From NCBI RefSeq assembly GCF_000143415.4, contig NW_003314278.1, positions 636,371 through 700,370 of the forward strand: a stretch of 64,000 nucleotides of DNA, given 5' to 3'. Positions 48,591 through 60,400 of this stretch are shown piece after piece. The notes beneath the pieces were generated by a model that was given only the letters and a program-made list of their open reading frames with translations, was not told the DNA's origin and searched no databases. Source of the DNA: Selaginella moellendorffii. Taxonomy: Eukaryota; Plantae; Lycopodiophyta. Every line of letters begins with the position of its first letter. Positions within the stretch are counted from its first letter, which is position 1. The position numbers were made by a program, and so were the translations under genes.

Positions 48591-49975
48591 GTTACTTGTG
48601 CAGTAAGTAGTTAAACTTAAGTAAAACCAAGTCAGGGCCATACTTAACAAGTTGTAGGATTGAATAGATACATTTAAAATGGGTATTGAACTTCTTCTAT
48701 GGGTGGTTGATTTGTAAGGAACCAACTCCATGAAGTGTCGTAAGCTAAAAGATCCCTAAAATCACGACTAGAACAACAAAGAGTTCATCGGATGAGACTA
48801 AATTCGAGATCAAGTTTGAGACAGAGTTTAAAATCAAAGTTAAGACTAAATCTGAATACTAATACAGGTTATGGGGTGAAAAAGTCTAAAGCAATGGGGG
48901 GGTGTTGGGGTTTTAAAAGTATAGTAAAGATAATGAGGCTAAAGATTTAGTTTTGAAAAAACTCTTTAGTGGTGCTTCCAAACTAAATTGGGGTTGAGAC
49001 TAGGGGTTAGTAGCCTTGAGCAAGAGTGAGCATATACTTGAGGAGTGCCAAAGATGCTTTTCAAGAGCAATTCTTACTCTCAAAAAGGGAAATTGACTTA
49101 GGTGCTCCTAGATTAAGTGGATTGGTGCCTCATTTGAGTACCATGAGGCTCATTGATCCTTGCCTTTTTTAAAGGGTTAAGCCTTCCCTTCGGGATGAAA
49201 GTGGGGAGTTGAGGATTTTATATTAGGCTGTTAGGTCATGATATTTTCCTTCTAGTATCTTAGATTAAGAGATGCACCTAAGACTTGGGATTTAGAGAGT
49301 CCTATAAACAAACTTTGCATATCATAGGATGTTAGGAACTTAGAAGCTTAGTGTGTTTAATTGTTTGTTGTAGCTAAACTTGAAATTTAATTTAATCTAA
49401 AAAGGGGGATTGAGAGAGAGTTTGGGAACATATGAAGAGTTGGCTGACACTTTATTGTTTATATAATAAGTAACTAAATCTAAGTAGAACCAAGTTGAAG
49501 TTGGTATGATATGTAGGAATTTTGGCAAAGAAACTTAGCTAAAGCAAAGGCAAAGGTGGTCGAATAGATGAGGTAAGTTAACAAATTGAGAAAGAAAATT
49601 TTGTAACTTACACATATCCAATTGGTTTTTCCACCAACTTGATGTTCATCATTTTTTTCCTTCACAAAACTCAAAATAGTGTATCAGTAGTTGGACATTT
49701 GGTCTTAACTCCTTAAATAGTATTATCTTATATGAATTTAAAATTTATACCAAAGCTATTATATTCAACTTCTTGAATATGTACTTTTTATACTACAAAT
49801 CCTTTGCATTAGATCTTGTCCAAGATTTGGATATGAAATATTGATCAACTTTATTATATGTTAATACTTGATTTTGTACTTCTCTCAAGTAATAAAATTA
49901 ATGTCAAGGCTTTTTTTCTTTAATATTTTTAAGTCCTTGCTGATGTTATACTAGAGAATTAAAAAAAATTGAAAT

Positions 49976-52138
49976 TGTGAGGGCCAAGTGTACAGCTACG
50001 ATGCTGTATACTAATATTAGCGTAGTGGGATTTTGGTAGCCGTCGGATTAGTTTCAATCCGGACCACTTACTCCTGTATATAAGCTAGGGTTTTTGGGCT
50101 AATTGATATGCACATTTCTGTATTCCCTTTCTATATTCCATGCACTCACATTGGTGGAGATGAGGGGCACCTTTGATTGTCCCCAGGGAGTGCTTGGATT
50201 TGGGATTTTGGTTTAGATTTAGCTTTTGCATCATCTAGATCTAGTTTTTTCCATTTCCTTTCTTTTGTTCTTTCCTTTCAGAATTTTGGTTTAGATTTAG
50301 CTTTTTGCATTGTCTAGATCTACCATTTCTTTCCAGCTTTTTGTCATTTCTCTTCTTTTGCTCTTTCTTTTTTGTTCATCTTCATGGCCGATCAGCAATC
50401 TCCTCCTTTGACTCTAGAGCAGCAGTTGGTTCAATTGCTTGATGCTATGCGCTTGCAATTGAACAACCAAACTCAATTGATGGCAGCATTCACGGCACGT
50501 GGTCCAACTCCTCCTGCTATTGGTGCCAATCCTCGCGTTCGGCCGGAGTTCTTTCGTGGGAATCTTGGGGATGATGTGTATCATTGGTTCAATCACTTCA
50601 CGGTGATTGCCACATATAATTCTTGGGATGATGCTCGACATTTGCTTGAGTTTCCCACGTGTCTCCAAGGGACAGCGTTGCAGTGGTACAATGGATTGAG
50701 TGTGGCCACTCGTGGGGATTGGAGTGTTCTTCCGGACGTCTTCAAATGCGCCTTCGGACATGCCGATGATTGTGATGATGCCTTCCAACAATTGCATTGT
50801 CTTTGCCAAGGGCCATCTGAGTCGGTGATGGAATTTGGCGTTCGTTTCCGAAGTCTTTTGCTTCGTGCGGAGCCAAATATGTCGGAGCGGATCAAGCTAG
50901 GAATGTTGTGGCTAGCACTTCGTCAAGATTTTGTCGGCCTTGTGCATGCATTTGTTCCTACCACCCTTGATGATGCTCTTCGCTTGGCACAACGTTATGA
51001 GATGTCGCCTCTTCCACTTCTCGCTGTACGTCCTTCAGCTCCACTTCCTATGAGTGATGGTCTTGTTCCAATGGAGGTTGATGCTGCTGCTACTTGAGTC
51101 CACGGACAAGGGCGAGGACATGGTCGTGGCCGTGATGTTCGTTGCTGGGCGTGTGATGAAGTTAGTCATACTTATCAGCGTTGTCGACGCTTTCTGGATT
51201 GGCGACCTCTATTTCTTGGATGGAGACCTTGGCGTCAGCAACGTCCAGTTGGTGTTGCTGCGGTGGAAAGTTTGGACACCGAGGTGCACCTGGGAAACGA
51301 GGAGTGAATGGCTCTTTCGGACATTCAAAAGGATGATTGCGAAGTATGTGAACTTTCAGCAGATGGTTATTTGCTGTCTCTTCGGTATGCCTATGTCACA
51401 GGGGTGCAGAGTTCTGTTGGTGCTTCACCATATAAACTTCTATATGGTCATGATCCAATATTACCAACGGAGCTGGGTTTACCTTCGCGATTGCCACGAG
51501 CTCTTGATGCTAGGTCATGGGATTAATATTTGACGAGCATTCTTCCACTTGTCCGAGCAGAGTCTGCCAAACACTTAAGCCACATACACGTGGGATAACA
51601 ACAGCGTTATAACTCCCATCATCGTCCACCTACAGAGTACAAAGTGGATGATTTAGTGTTAGTCCATTTTCCCTATCTTACGGTACGTGGTTTATCTAAG
51701 GGGCTCTTTGCGCAGTGGAAAGGATTGTATCGGGTGTTGCGGCAAGTTGGACCGCAAGTTTATGAGGCTTGGCATAACATCCAGCAGGCCGATCCTCCGG
51801 AGATTGTGCATGTGCAGCGGTTGAAACGCTTCATACAAAGGGATCAGGAGCAGTTAATACCGTTTATAGATCCACCGATGCCTCCTCCTGATGTTCCTCT
51901 AGATCCCGGCCTATCTACAAGAGAACCCTGACAGCCTTCCATTATTCCGAGAGGAGGGGATGATGTGAGGGCCAAGTGTATGGCTATGATGCCGTATACT
52001 AATATTAGTGTAGTGGGATTTTGGTAGCCATTGGATTGGTTTCAATCCGGACCACTTGCTCTTGTATATAAGCTAGGGTTTTTGGGCTAATTGATATGCA
52101 CATTTCTATATTCCCTTTTCATATTCCATGCACTCACA
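49976..52138 (+). mobile_element. Non-autonomous internally deleted copy of gypsy family A (gag plus integrase tail only)
   Basis: 175-bp LTRs at 49976-50150 and 51964-52138, 4-bp TSD AAAT, PBS TGGTGGAGATGAGGGG at 50152-50167 and PPT before the 3' LTR. The gag end is fused to the integrase core end near 51305. Confidence 0.93.
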
Positions 52139-53266
52139 AAATGAATACTTAAGAAAATTCAAATACCTCAAATAAAATATGTATGTTAATATATTTGGGG
52201 AAACTGGCATAGCTTTTGTTTCCTAGACTAGTTTTTCTTAGCTACTATCATGTTAAGTTAGACTTTTTCCTCATCTATAAACTTGTCCATAATCTTGTTA
52301 ATATTTGTTTAGAGAATTATTTGCACAACTATGATTTTATGTGGAAGAGTTATTTTGACTATTGCATCTTCATATTATCTACATAAGAAAATTTATGTTA
52401 ATAAAGAATCTAGAGAAAAAAAATTTAAAAAATAGATGTGCATATTCACTAAATTTATAATTACAATGAGTACCATGCAATCTTTATTTTAGAACTCTAT
52501 CATTGTAACATCCACTATTACGTAAAATCTTGCAATCTTTTCATTAATTAGATTTAGATAGTTCAAATTTATCCATAGCAACTATGCCTTAAGCTAGAAA
52601 TTTCTCTTCTATACAAGCAATATTTAATTGAAGGTTTCATTTTTCAAATCCATTGGGCTTCAAATATAAATAGAAAGGGCCCATGAATAATATTTTAGGA
52701 TACTTGAGGTTAAGCATTCTTGGTTAAAATATCTTTGAAATCCATATTAAACAATGGCTATGTCTCATCCTACAAAGCTTTTTTCTTATTCAAGAGCATT
52801 AGACCCTTCACCACAATAAACTTTGATTCTATTTTTGTTGTTGAATAGGAAATTGAAGCTAATCTATAACATGCACCATCAATTGCACCACTAGATGGGA
52901 GATAATAAGGCATAAAAGCACTTAGGGAGGTGAAACAATCTTTTTGATCATTAGCCATTATAACATATTTTATGCTTTGTCTTAACTTTATTTTTGGCTC
53001 CACTTTGATCTCTTTTGTTATGCAACTTGGGTTAAAACCAATATTTTCTTCTTCTTCATTCTACTATTGCACTTCTTCCTCCTTAAACTTATCTTTAGAT
53101 GGCTTGAGATTCTTGGTTTCCTTTGGATTTTTGGTTTATTCAAAATACTTGGATTGCTCTAAAATTCTTGGTTTGCTTGGTTTCAAGAAGACTACTTGAT
53201 GAAATTTGAGAAATGCACCTGTATTCCTCATTGTATTGATAACAATATTTTTGATAAATATTGCCT

Positions 53267-56135
53267 TGTGAGGTCCAAGTGTATGGCTATGATGCCGTAT
53301 ACTAATATTAGTATAGTGGGATTTTGATAACTGTTAGATTTGTTTTAGTCTAAACCACTTGCTTGTGTATATAAGGTAGGGTTTTTGGGCTAATTGATAT
53401 GTACATTTCTTGTATTCTCTTTTTATATTCTATGCACTCACATTAATGGAGATGAGGGGTAGCTTTGATTGTTCTTAAGGAGTGTTAGGATTTGGGATTT
53501 TAGTTTAGATTTAACTTTTACATTGTTTAGATCTCCCTTTTCTTATTATTTTTCTCAACTTCTTCTTTTTTGCTTTTTCCTTTTTGTTCATCTTCATTGC
53601 AAAGCAACAACTTTTTCCTCCTTTGATTCTAGAGCAGCAGTTGGTGCAATTGCTCAATGTTATGTGGTTGTAGTTGAACAATCAGACTCAATTGATAACA
53701 ACATTCACAACGCATAGTACAATTCCTTTTGCTCTTGTTGCCAATCCTCGTGTCCGGCTGGAGTATTTTTGTGGGAATCTTGGGGATGATGGGTACTATT
53801 GATTCAATCACTTCATAGTAATTGCCACATATCATTCTTGAGATGATATTTGACATTTGCATGAGTTTCCCACGTCTCTCAAAGGGACAGTGTTGCAGTG
53901 GTACAATGGTTTGAGCATAGCCATTCGTGAAGATTGAAGTATTCTCCTAGCCATCTTCAAATATGCATTTAGACATGCCGATGATTGTGAGGATGTTTTC
54001 CAACAATTGTATTGTTTTTGTCAAGGGCCATCTGAGTTAGTGATGTAATTTGGCATTCATTTTCAAAGCCTCTTGTTTCATATGGAGCCAAATATATTGG
54101 AGCAAATAAAGTTGGGAATGTTATTTTCAGCACTTTATCAAGATCTAGTAGGACTTATATATGCACTTGCTCCAGCCACCCTTGACAATGCCCTTCGCTT
54201 GGCACAATGTTATGACATATTGCCTTTTCCACTTCTTATTGCATGTCCTTCAGCTCAACTTTATGTGGGAGATAGTCCTGTTCCAATGGAGGTCGATGTT
54301 GTTACTGCTTGAGCTCAAGGACTAGGAAGAGGACATGGTTGTGGCCATGATGTTTGCTACTAGGCATATGATGAAGTTGGTTACACTTATTGATGTTATC
54401 GGCATTTTCTAGATTGACAACCTCCATTTCCTAGATGGAGACTTTGGCATTAATAATGTTCTGTTGGTGCTACTACAATGGGACACCAAGATGCATCTGG
54501 GAAATAAGGAGTTATATGAGTAATGAAAGGATTTTGTGCAAATAAGTTAGTGATCCCTCCATATTTTTTTTGGGAGTATTATCAAGGGGTTCATTTAGCA
54601 CTAATTCATTTAGTGGTTACTTAACAAGAGGTCTTTTATTATTCTCTCTATATTGGTTGATACAGGTTTGAACTTACCTTTTATTGCTCCACTTGTTGCC
54701 ACATGTTGCCATCTACATTTGTGTTATGCGGTAGAGTTAATTTTCATTCTTTATGGCAATAGCCGTATATATGCATGTGCATGGGATGAGGTAGACCTAG
54801 TTGTGTGTGTAGGCAATCTCGAGCTTGAGTTGTAGTAATTGCGGGTGGTGCCGAGTCAAGCTTTTAATCTCATTCTTGGTATGGATTGGTTATGGTGTAA
54901 TCATACGAAATGTCACTTTGAAGCTTCTCCCCACTATATTATACTTCCCTATATTTCATCCATTCTTCTCACTTTATTACTTTTTTGTCCTTCTACTTCT
55001 ACCTTTATTTCCATCACTTTTTTTCTCTATTACTTCCTCCTATATTTCCATTTTGTTCTTCTCTTCCCTTCTCTGATCCTTCTAATGGTCTCTATGTTAT
55101 AGTGGTTGACTGACTCATGAAAGAGTATGCTGCTCTTTTTGAATTTGACTTATTGTATGGGTCCAAGATTATAACATATATCATTTTATTCCAACTGGGG
55201 ATGCTTATCCAATAAAAGTTCTTAGTCGTCATCGGTCACCCAAAGAGATTAAGATTTTACATGCAAACATCAAAGAGATGTTGGAAATGGGTGTTATTTG
55301 GAAGTCATGGAATCCTTGGGTGTGTGAACCTCATCTTGTGATGAAGCTTGATGGGAGTATTCATTTATGTATCGACTATTGTTTGTTAAAAGAAGTGACG
55401 ATCCCAGATGTGTACCTTTTTCTTCACACTGTTGATATCTTGGATTATCTGGGGAGAAGTCATTAGTTCATCAAGTTAGATTTTGCTTCTGAGTACTGGC
55501 AAGTATTGATGGCTGAAGAAGATATATTTTTAAGACAACTTTTCATACACTATTTGGTTTGTACGAGTTCTTAGTGATGCCATTTGGTTTGAATAATGCT
55601 CCGACAACTTTCTAATGGATGATGGATGAGGTTCTTTATGATATGTCAGAAATAACTGTTGACTTCATTGATGATGTCTTGATATATGCAAAGGGGACAT
55701 GAGAGGAACACATCTGTGATGTTTGTAAGGTGTTAGATCGGTTACAGGAATTTAGTTTAAAGCTGAAGCGATTGAAATGTATATTTGAGTCTAAGGATAC
55801 AACTTATCTTGAGTACTATATTTCTTGTGAGGGTTTGCAAATTGACCCTAACAAACTTGTGATTATTCTACAATTCCTTATTGCAAAGTGTGTGAATGAT
55901 GTATAGTGCTTATTGGGTAAGATGTTGTATCTCGATCATTTTGTTGACAATTTTTCTGATCAAACTACACCATTGCGAGTGTTGCTGAAGTTGTCAATGT
56001 CATCTTTTATTTGGTTTGCAAACTATGAATGGGTATTTACAGATCTTAAAGAGCTATTAACGACTCCTCATGTTTTGACATACTTGACTTTTCATTTTGC
56101 GCGTGGATGTTTCTGATATTGATCTTGGAGGTGTG
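53267..56135 (+). mobile_element. Degenerate copy of gypsy family A (5' LTR, gag, PR, RT, start of RNase H), interrupted at 56136
   Basis: LTR at about 53267-53441 and a mutated PBS. Collinear with the reverse complement of 36190-38874, with many C>T/G>A changes and stops. Confidence 0.88.
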
Positions 56136-56682
56136 TGTAAGCCACAAATTCTTCCTTTCCAATTCGCCAGCTTACTTCATCTATTTGACTAATATTGCCT
56201 TGGCCTTAGTTAAGTTCTCTTAGTAAAGTTCCCGCCTATTGTACCAACTTTTACTTGGTCCTACTTAGTTTCAGTTACTCACTGCACGAGCAATAGAGTG
56301 TTAGCCATCCATCCATGGATTCCTAAATCTCTTCCAATCCCCCTTCCCAAGTTAGACTAGACTTAAGGTTCGGCTACACTCCCCATAGGCATAAGCAGCC
56401 AAGCACACCAAGCCACTAGGTTCCTTGGTACAACAAGACTTGATCATGGGACTGTTAGGAATCCCTCAATTCTTGCCACATTCTTGACTCTTGCCGGATT
56501 CCTGACCCGCAGACTATATTCTTGACTCTCGAGACACTTCCCTATTCCTGACTCTCTAATTTCCTGTACGATTCTTGAGTCTTTAACCACATTCCTGATG
56601 ATGATGTGGCGCCTCCTCGACCTCAGTTATATTTAGGCCTTCCTCGATCCAAGAGTGGTGGAGCTTCATCAACTTATAATAT

Positions 56683-57436
56683 TGTAGCGCACTCTATTTC
56701 TCTCCCCTTAAGCCAACTGAAAAAGGGGCAATTGCTTGATGAAAGAGCCCTTAGTGGCTATTTTATCCTCATTTATCCCCCAAAGTTCCAAGGATCCATG
56801 GTGACAGTATATCCAAATCTTATCCCATGATCACATACGCTACACTCACCCCCCCTTCAGAGATGTCAATGTCCTCATTGACTATTGACTAACAACCCCT
56901 ACTGAGCCAAGGGGAACTAGCACCTCCATTTCCACACTGAATCTACCAATCTTTCCATTGTGTAGACTAGCTATTCTATATGAGGCAGCTAGTCATCCAC
57001 CCGTACCGTAGTCCCATGGTGGATACCTTCGTCCGTGGATACTCCACACTAGAGGAAGGACATATGCATGGTGCCCAATACGTACAAGTTCAATAGTCAT
57101 CCACCCGTACCGTAGTCCCATGGTGGATACCTTCGTCCGTGGATACTCCACACTAGAGGAAGGACATATGCATGGTGCCCAATACGTACAAGTTCTTGCT
57201 CAAGGGTATATTATATTTTTAAGTAGCCACTAATCAATGGGAATCGAACTTGTGCCATTTGCTCTGATACCAACTGTAGCGCACCCTATCTCTCTCCCTT
57301 TAAGCCAACTGGAAAAGGGGCAATTGCTTAATGAAAGAGCCCTTAATGGCTATTTTATCCCCATTTATCTTCCAAGGTTTCAAGGATCCGCGGTGACAGT
57401 ATACCCAAATCTCATCCCATGATCACATGCACTACA
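56683..57436 (-). mobile_element. TRIM (754 bp), second family without 5S sequence
   Basis: 162-bp TG...CA LTRs at 56683-56844 and 57275-57436, tRNA-iMet PBS TGGTATCAGAGC, PPT AGGGGGGTGAG, TSD AATAT/AGTAT and a non-coding interior. Confidence 0.92.
56990..57195. repeat. Tandem duplication of a 104-bp unit inside the TRIM
   Basis: tagtcatccacccgtacc...cgtacaagttc occurs at 56990 and 57094 with no differences seen. Confidence 0.93.
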
Positions 57437-60400
57437 AGTATACATAGGTTAGCCTTATTCCATTTCTCCACAATCTGAATCGACACCAATCTAAGACCTC
57501 TTTCTCGTTTCCACTAGCTTTTCTCTTTGTCTTCTGCATTTTCCAGTTCTGATCTTGTTGGGGGTCTTGACAGTTTGATTCAGATTGTGTATTTTTGCTT
57601 TTGCTTTAGCTCATTTTGATTGTTTGACTGCCGTTGCCTTTTTTTTTTCTTCTTTGCCAATGGAATCTCCAAGCCATCCTGATTTCTTTGCCGAAGTCCT
57701 TGCAAAAATCCAATCTGAGAATACCAAGCTGAAGGAAACCCTTCTTCACATGCAACAGGAGCTTGATTCACTTTCGGCTCAAGGATCAAGCAGAGTTCCT
57801 AAACCGAAGGTGAGTTTCCTGGGGAAGTTTTAGGCAAGCGTTCGGAGCTTCGCAGATTCCTGAACTAGATGGAGCTGATCTTCGCACTTCAACATCAGCG
57901 GTACCCCACTCTCAAGTCTCAAATCGGCACGATCGGGACGTTTCTCGAAGGTGCAGCTTTGTCATGGTTTTCTCCTCTCCTGGAGAAGAGCATGAAAGGG
58001 GTCGTGGTTTTGGAGCTGATGGATCTTCAGTTATTCAAAGAGAATCTTGAAGCATGTTTTGGTGAGACGGATCGAATTCAGGCTGCCCCTACAAAGATGA
58101 GACGTCTCTCTCAGGGGTCTTGTCCTGCCTCGATCTATGCTATGGAGTTCCAACTCCTTGCTTTGGACACTTGGTGGGATGAGTGGGCCCTAATTGATCA
58201 ATTTCGTTTTGGCCTCAATAACGATCCCACAGACCTGTCAGATGCCATCAACAAAGCTATTCGATGCAACAATCGTCTCTTTGAACGTCGTCAGGAAAAT
58301 CGCCACGCCGCCATTTTCCTGTCCCAAACTCAGGAATCCCAGCTTGAGTCTTCAGGGCATACTCCTGAATCTACTGCTCCGGTCCTAATGGATATTTCTG
58401 GCACTCCCTGACTCATCAGAGGGAAGTTGAGTCCTGCTAAGAAGCAACATTGAATCTCATAATCTTTGCCTCTATTGTGCTGATCCTAATCACAAAGCAA
58501 CTGTGTGTCCCAAGAAGCCTCCCTGACTGCTTGAGTTCACTCTGCCTCAAAGTCCACCTCTGTTGCAGTCAGGAAACGACCCTATCCAAACAGAGTAGGA
58601 GCTATTTGTTTGGACTCCTGCTTCATGGACACGGACTTTGCTGCCCGACATCATGTTCCTCTTTCTCCTACCATACGGGATCTGAGGGTTGAAGGCATAG
58701 GTGGGCATTTTGTGTCTCCATCTTCTAGACTTAGGGAAATGTTGCTGGTTCGAGTACACATCAGGTCCATCGTCACCGATATCGCCTTCAACATCATCAA
58801 CAACAAGTCCTCCTCTGTGGTGCTCAGCCTTCCTTGGTTCCAACTACACTAGCCTCAGATCTGTTGGAAGGAATTACAGCTCGTCTCTTCCACACCACCA
58901 TCACCCATAGCTTCCCCTGTTGTTCATCGAGTCTGAATAAAAAAAAGTTCCCTATACTCAAATCGGGGTTCTATTCCTGACTCTTAAGAAGTTTTCACCC
59001 TCTTCTTTTCCCTCTCTTCCATCTTACATTGGATAGTATCCTCATCTCATCATTCCATTCAGTCGTACACCTCCTCCTATCTCTACAATCACTATGAAAG
59101 AACTCCTTCATGAAGAACCTATTTTCCTTTTTTCTTTGCATGTTTCTTCTGTCAGTCTTCCTGAAAAGTATCATGATTTTGGGGATGTGTTTGACAAGAA
59201 AAAAGCTAGTGTACTGACTGTTCATCAGCCTTACGACTGTCCCATTGATTTACAGGAAGGAGTGTCACCTCCGTGGGGGCCTATGTACGGGTTATCCCTG
59301 TCCGAGCTTAGAGCCCTCAAAGAGTACGTGGACGAGAACCTTGCCTCGGGGTACATTCAGCATTCGCAGTCCCTAACTGGAGCGCCTGTCTTCTTTGTCA
59401 AGAAGAAGGATGGGAGTTTGCGGCTAGTCATCGACTACTGAGGTTTGAACAAGGTTATTGTTCGGAACCGTTATCCACTGCCCCTGATCTCGAACCTGTT
59501 GGAACGCCTTGGCAGTGCCCGCTTCTTCACCAAGATCGACCTCCGTGGAGCATACAACCTGATCCAGATCTGGCCTAGCGATGAATGGAAGACTGCGTTC
59601 CGAACATGCTATGGCACACTGTCATGCCATTTGGCTTAACAAAGGCTCTAGCAGTTTTCCAACACATGGCGAACAATGTCTTTCGAGAGTTGCTTGATCA
59701 GATGGTGATTGTCTACCTCGACGACATCCGCATCTACTCAAAAACTCAGGAGGAGCATAATAAACATGTGCGCAAGGTGTTGGCGAAGTTGCGGGAACAT
59801 GGCCTATATGCAAAGCTTGAGAAATGTTCTTTCGATCAAGAGTCTGTGGAGTTCCTTGGGTACATTGTCACTCCTGAGGGTATCACAATAGATCCTGCCA
59901 AAGTCAAGACTATTCTTGAATGGGAGCCTCCACAATCAATGTTGGATGTTTAGGTTTTCCTTGGCTTCGCCAACTTCTACCACAAATTTATTAATCATTA
60001 CTCTGACATTATCCTTCCTCTTACACATCTCACTTGCAAGGATGTTCCCTTCTCTTGGTCTGCTGCTGCCTAAGAGGCCTTTGACACACTTAAGGCGGCT
60101 TTCAGTTCTGCTCCTGTCTTGATCCACGCTGATCCCTCACAACCTTTCTTCATCGAGGTGGATGCATCCTACTTTGCCATCAGTGCTGTGCTGTCTCAAC
60201 TCAGAGCGGATTAGGAATTCCATCCGGTCGCTTTCCATTCTCAGAAATTCTAGCCTACAGAGATCAATTACGAAATCCACGACAAGGAACTCCTTGCCAT
60301 CATGGATTCCTTTGGAGAGTGGCGTCATTTCTTGGAGGGGGCGAGCCATCAAACAACAGTCTGGACGGATCACAAAAATCTCAAGTACTTTGCCACTTCC

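Larger units (their letters stand above)
47276..49612 (+). mobile_element. Internally deleted chromovirus family X remnant (truncated 5' LTR, 3' UTR/PPT, ~900-bp 3' LTR)
   Basis: Both LTRs start tgtaaggaaccaa (47276, 48713) and the 3' LTR ends cttaca at 49612. Flanks CATAG/CATAT form an imperfect TSD. Homologous in reverse to 56136-56452 plus 62557-63330. Confidence 0.75.
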
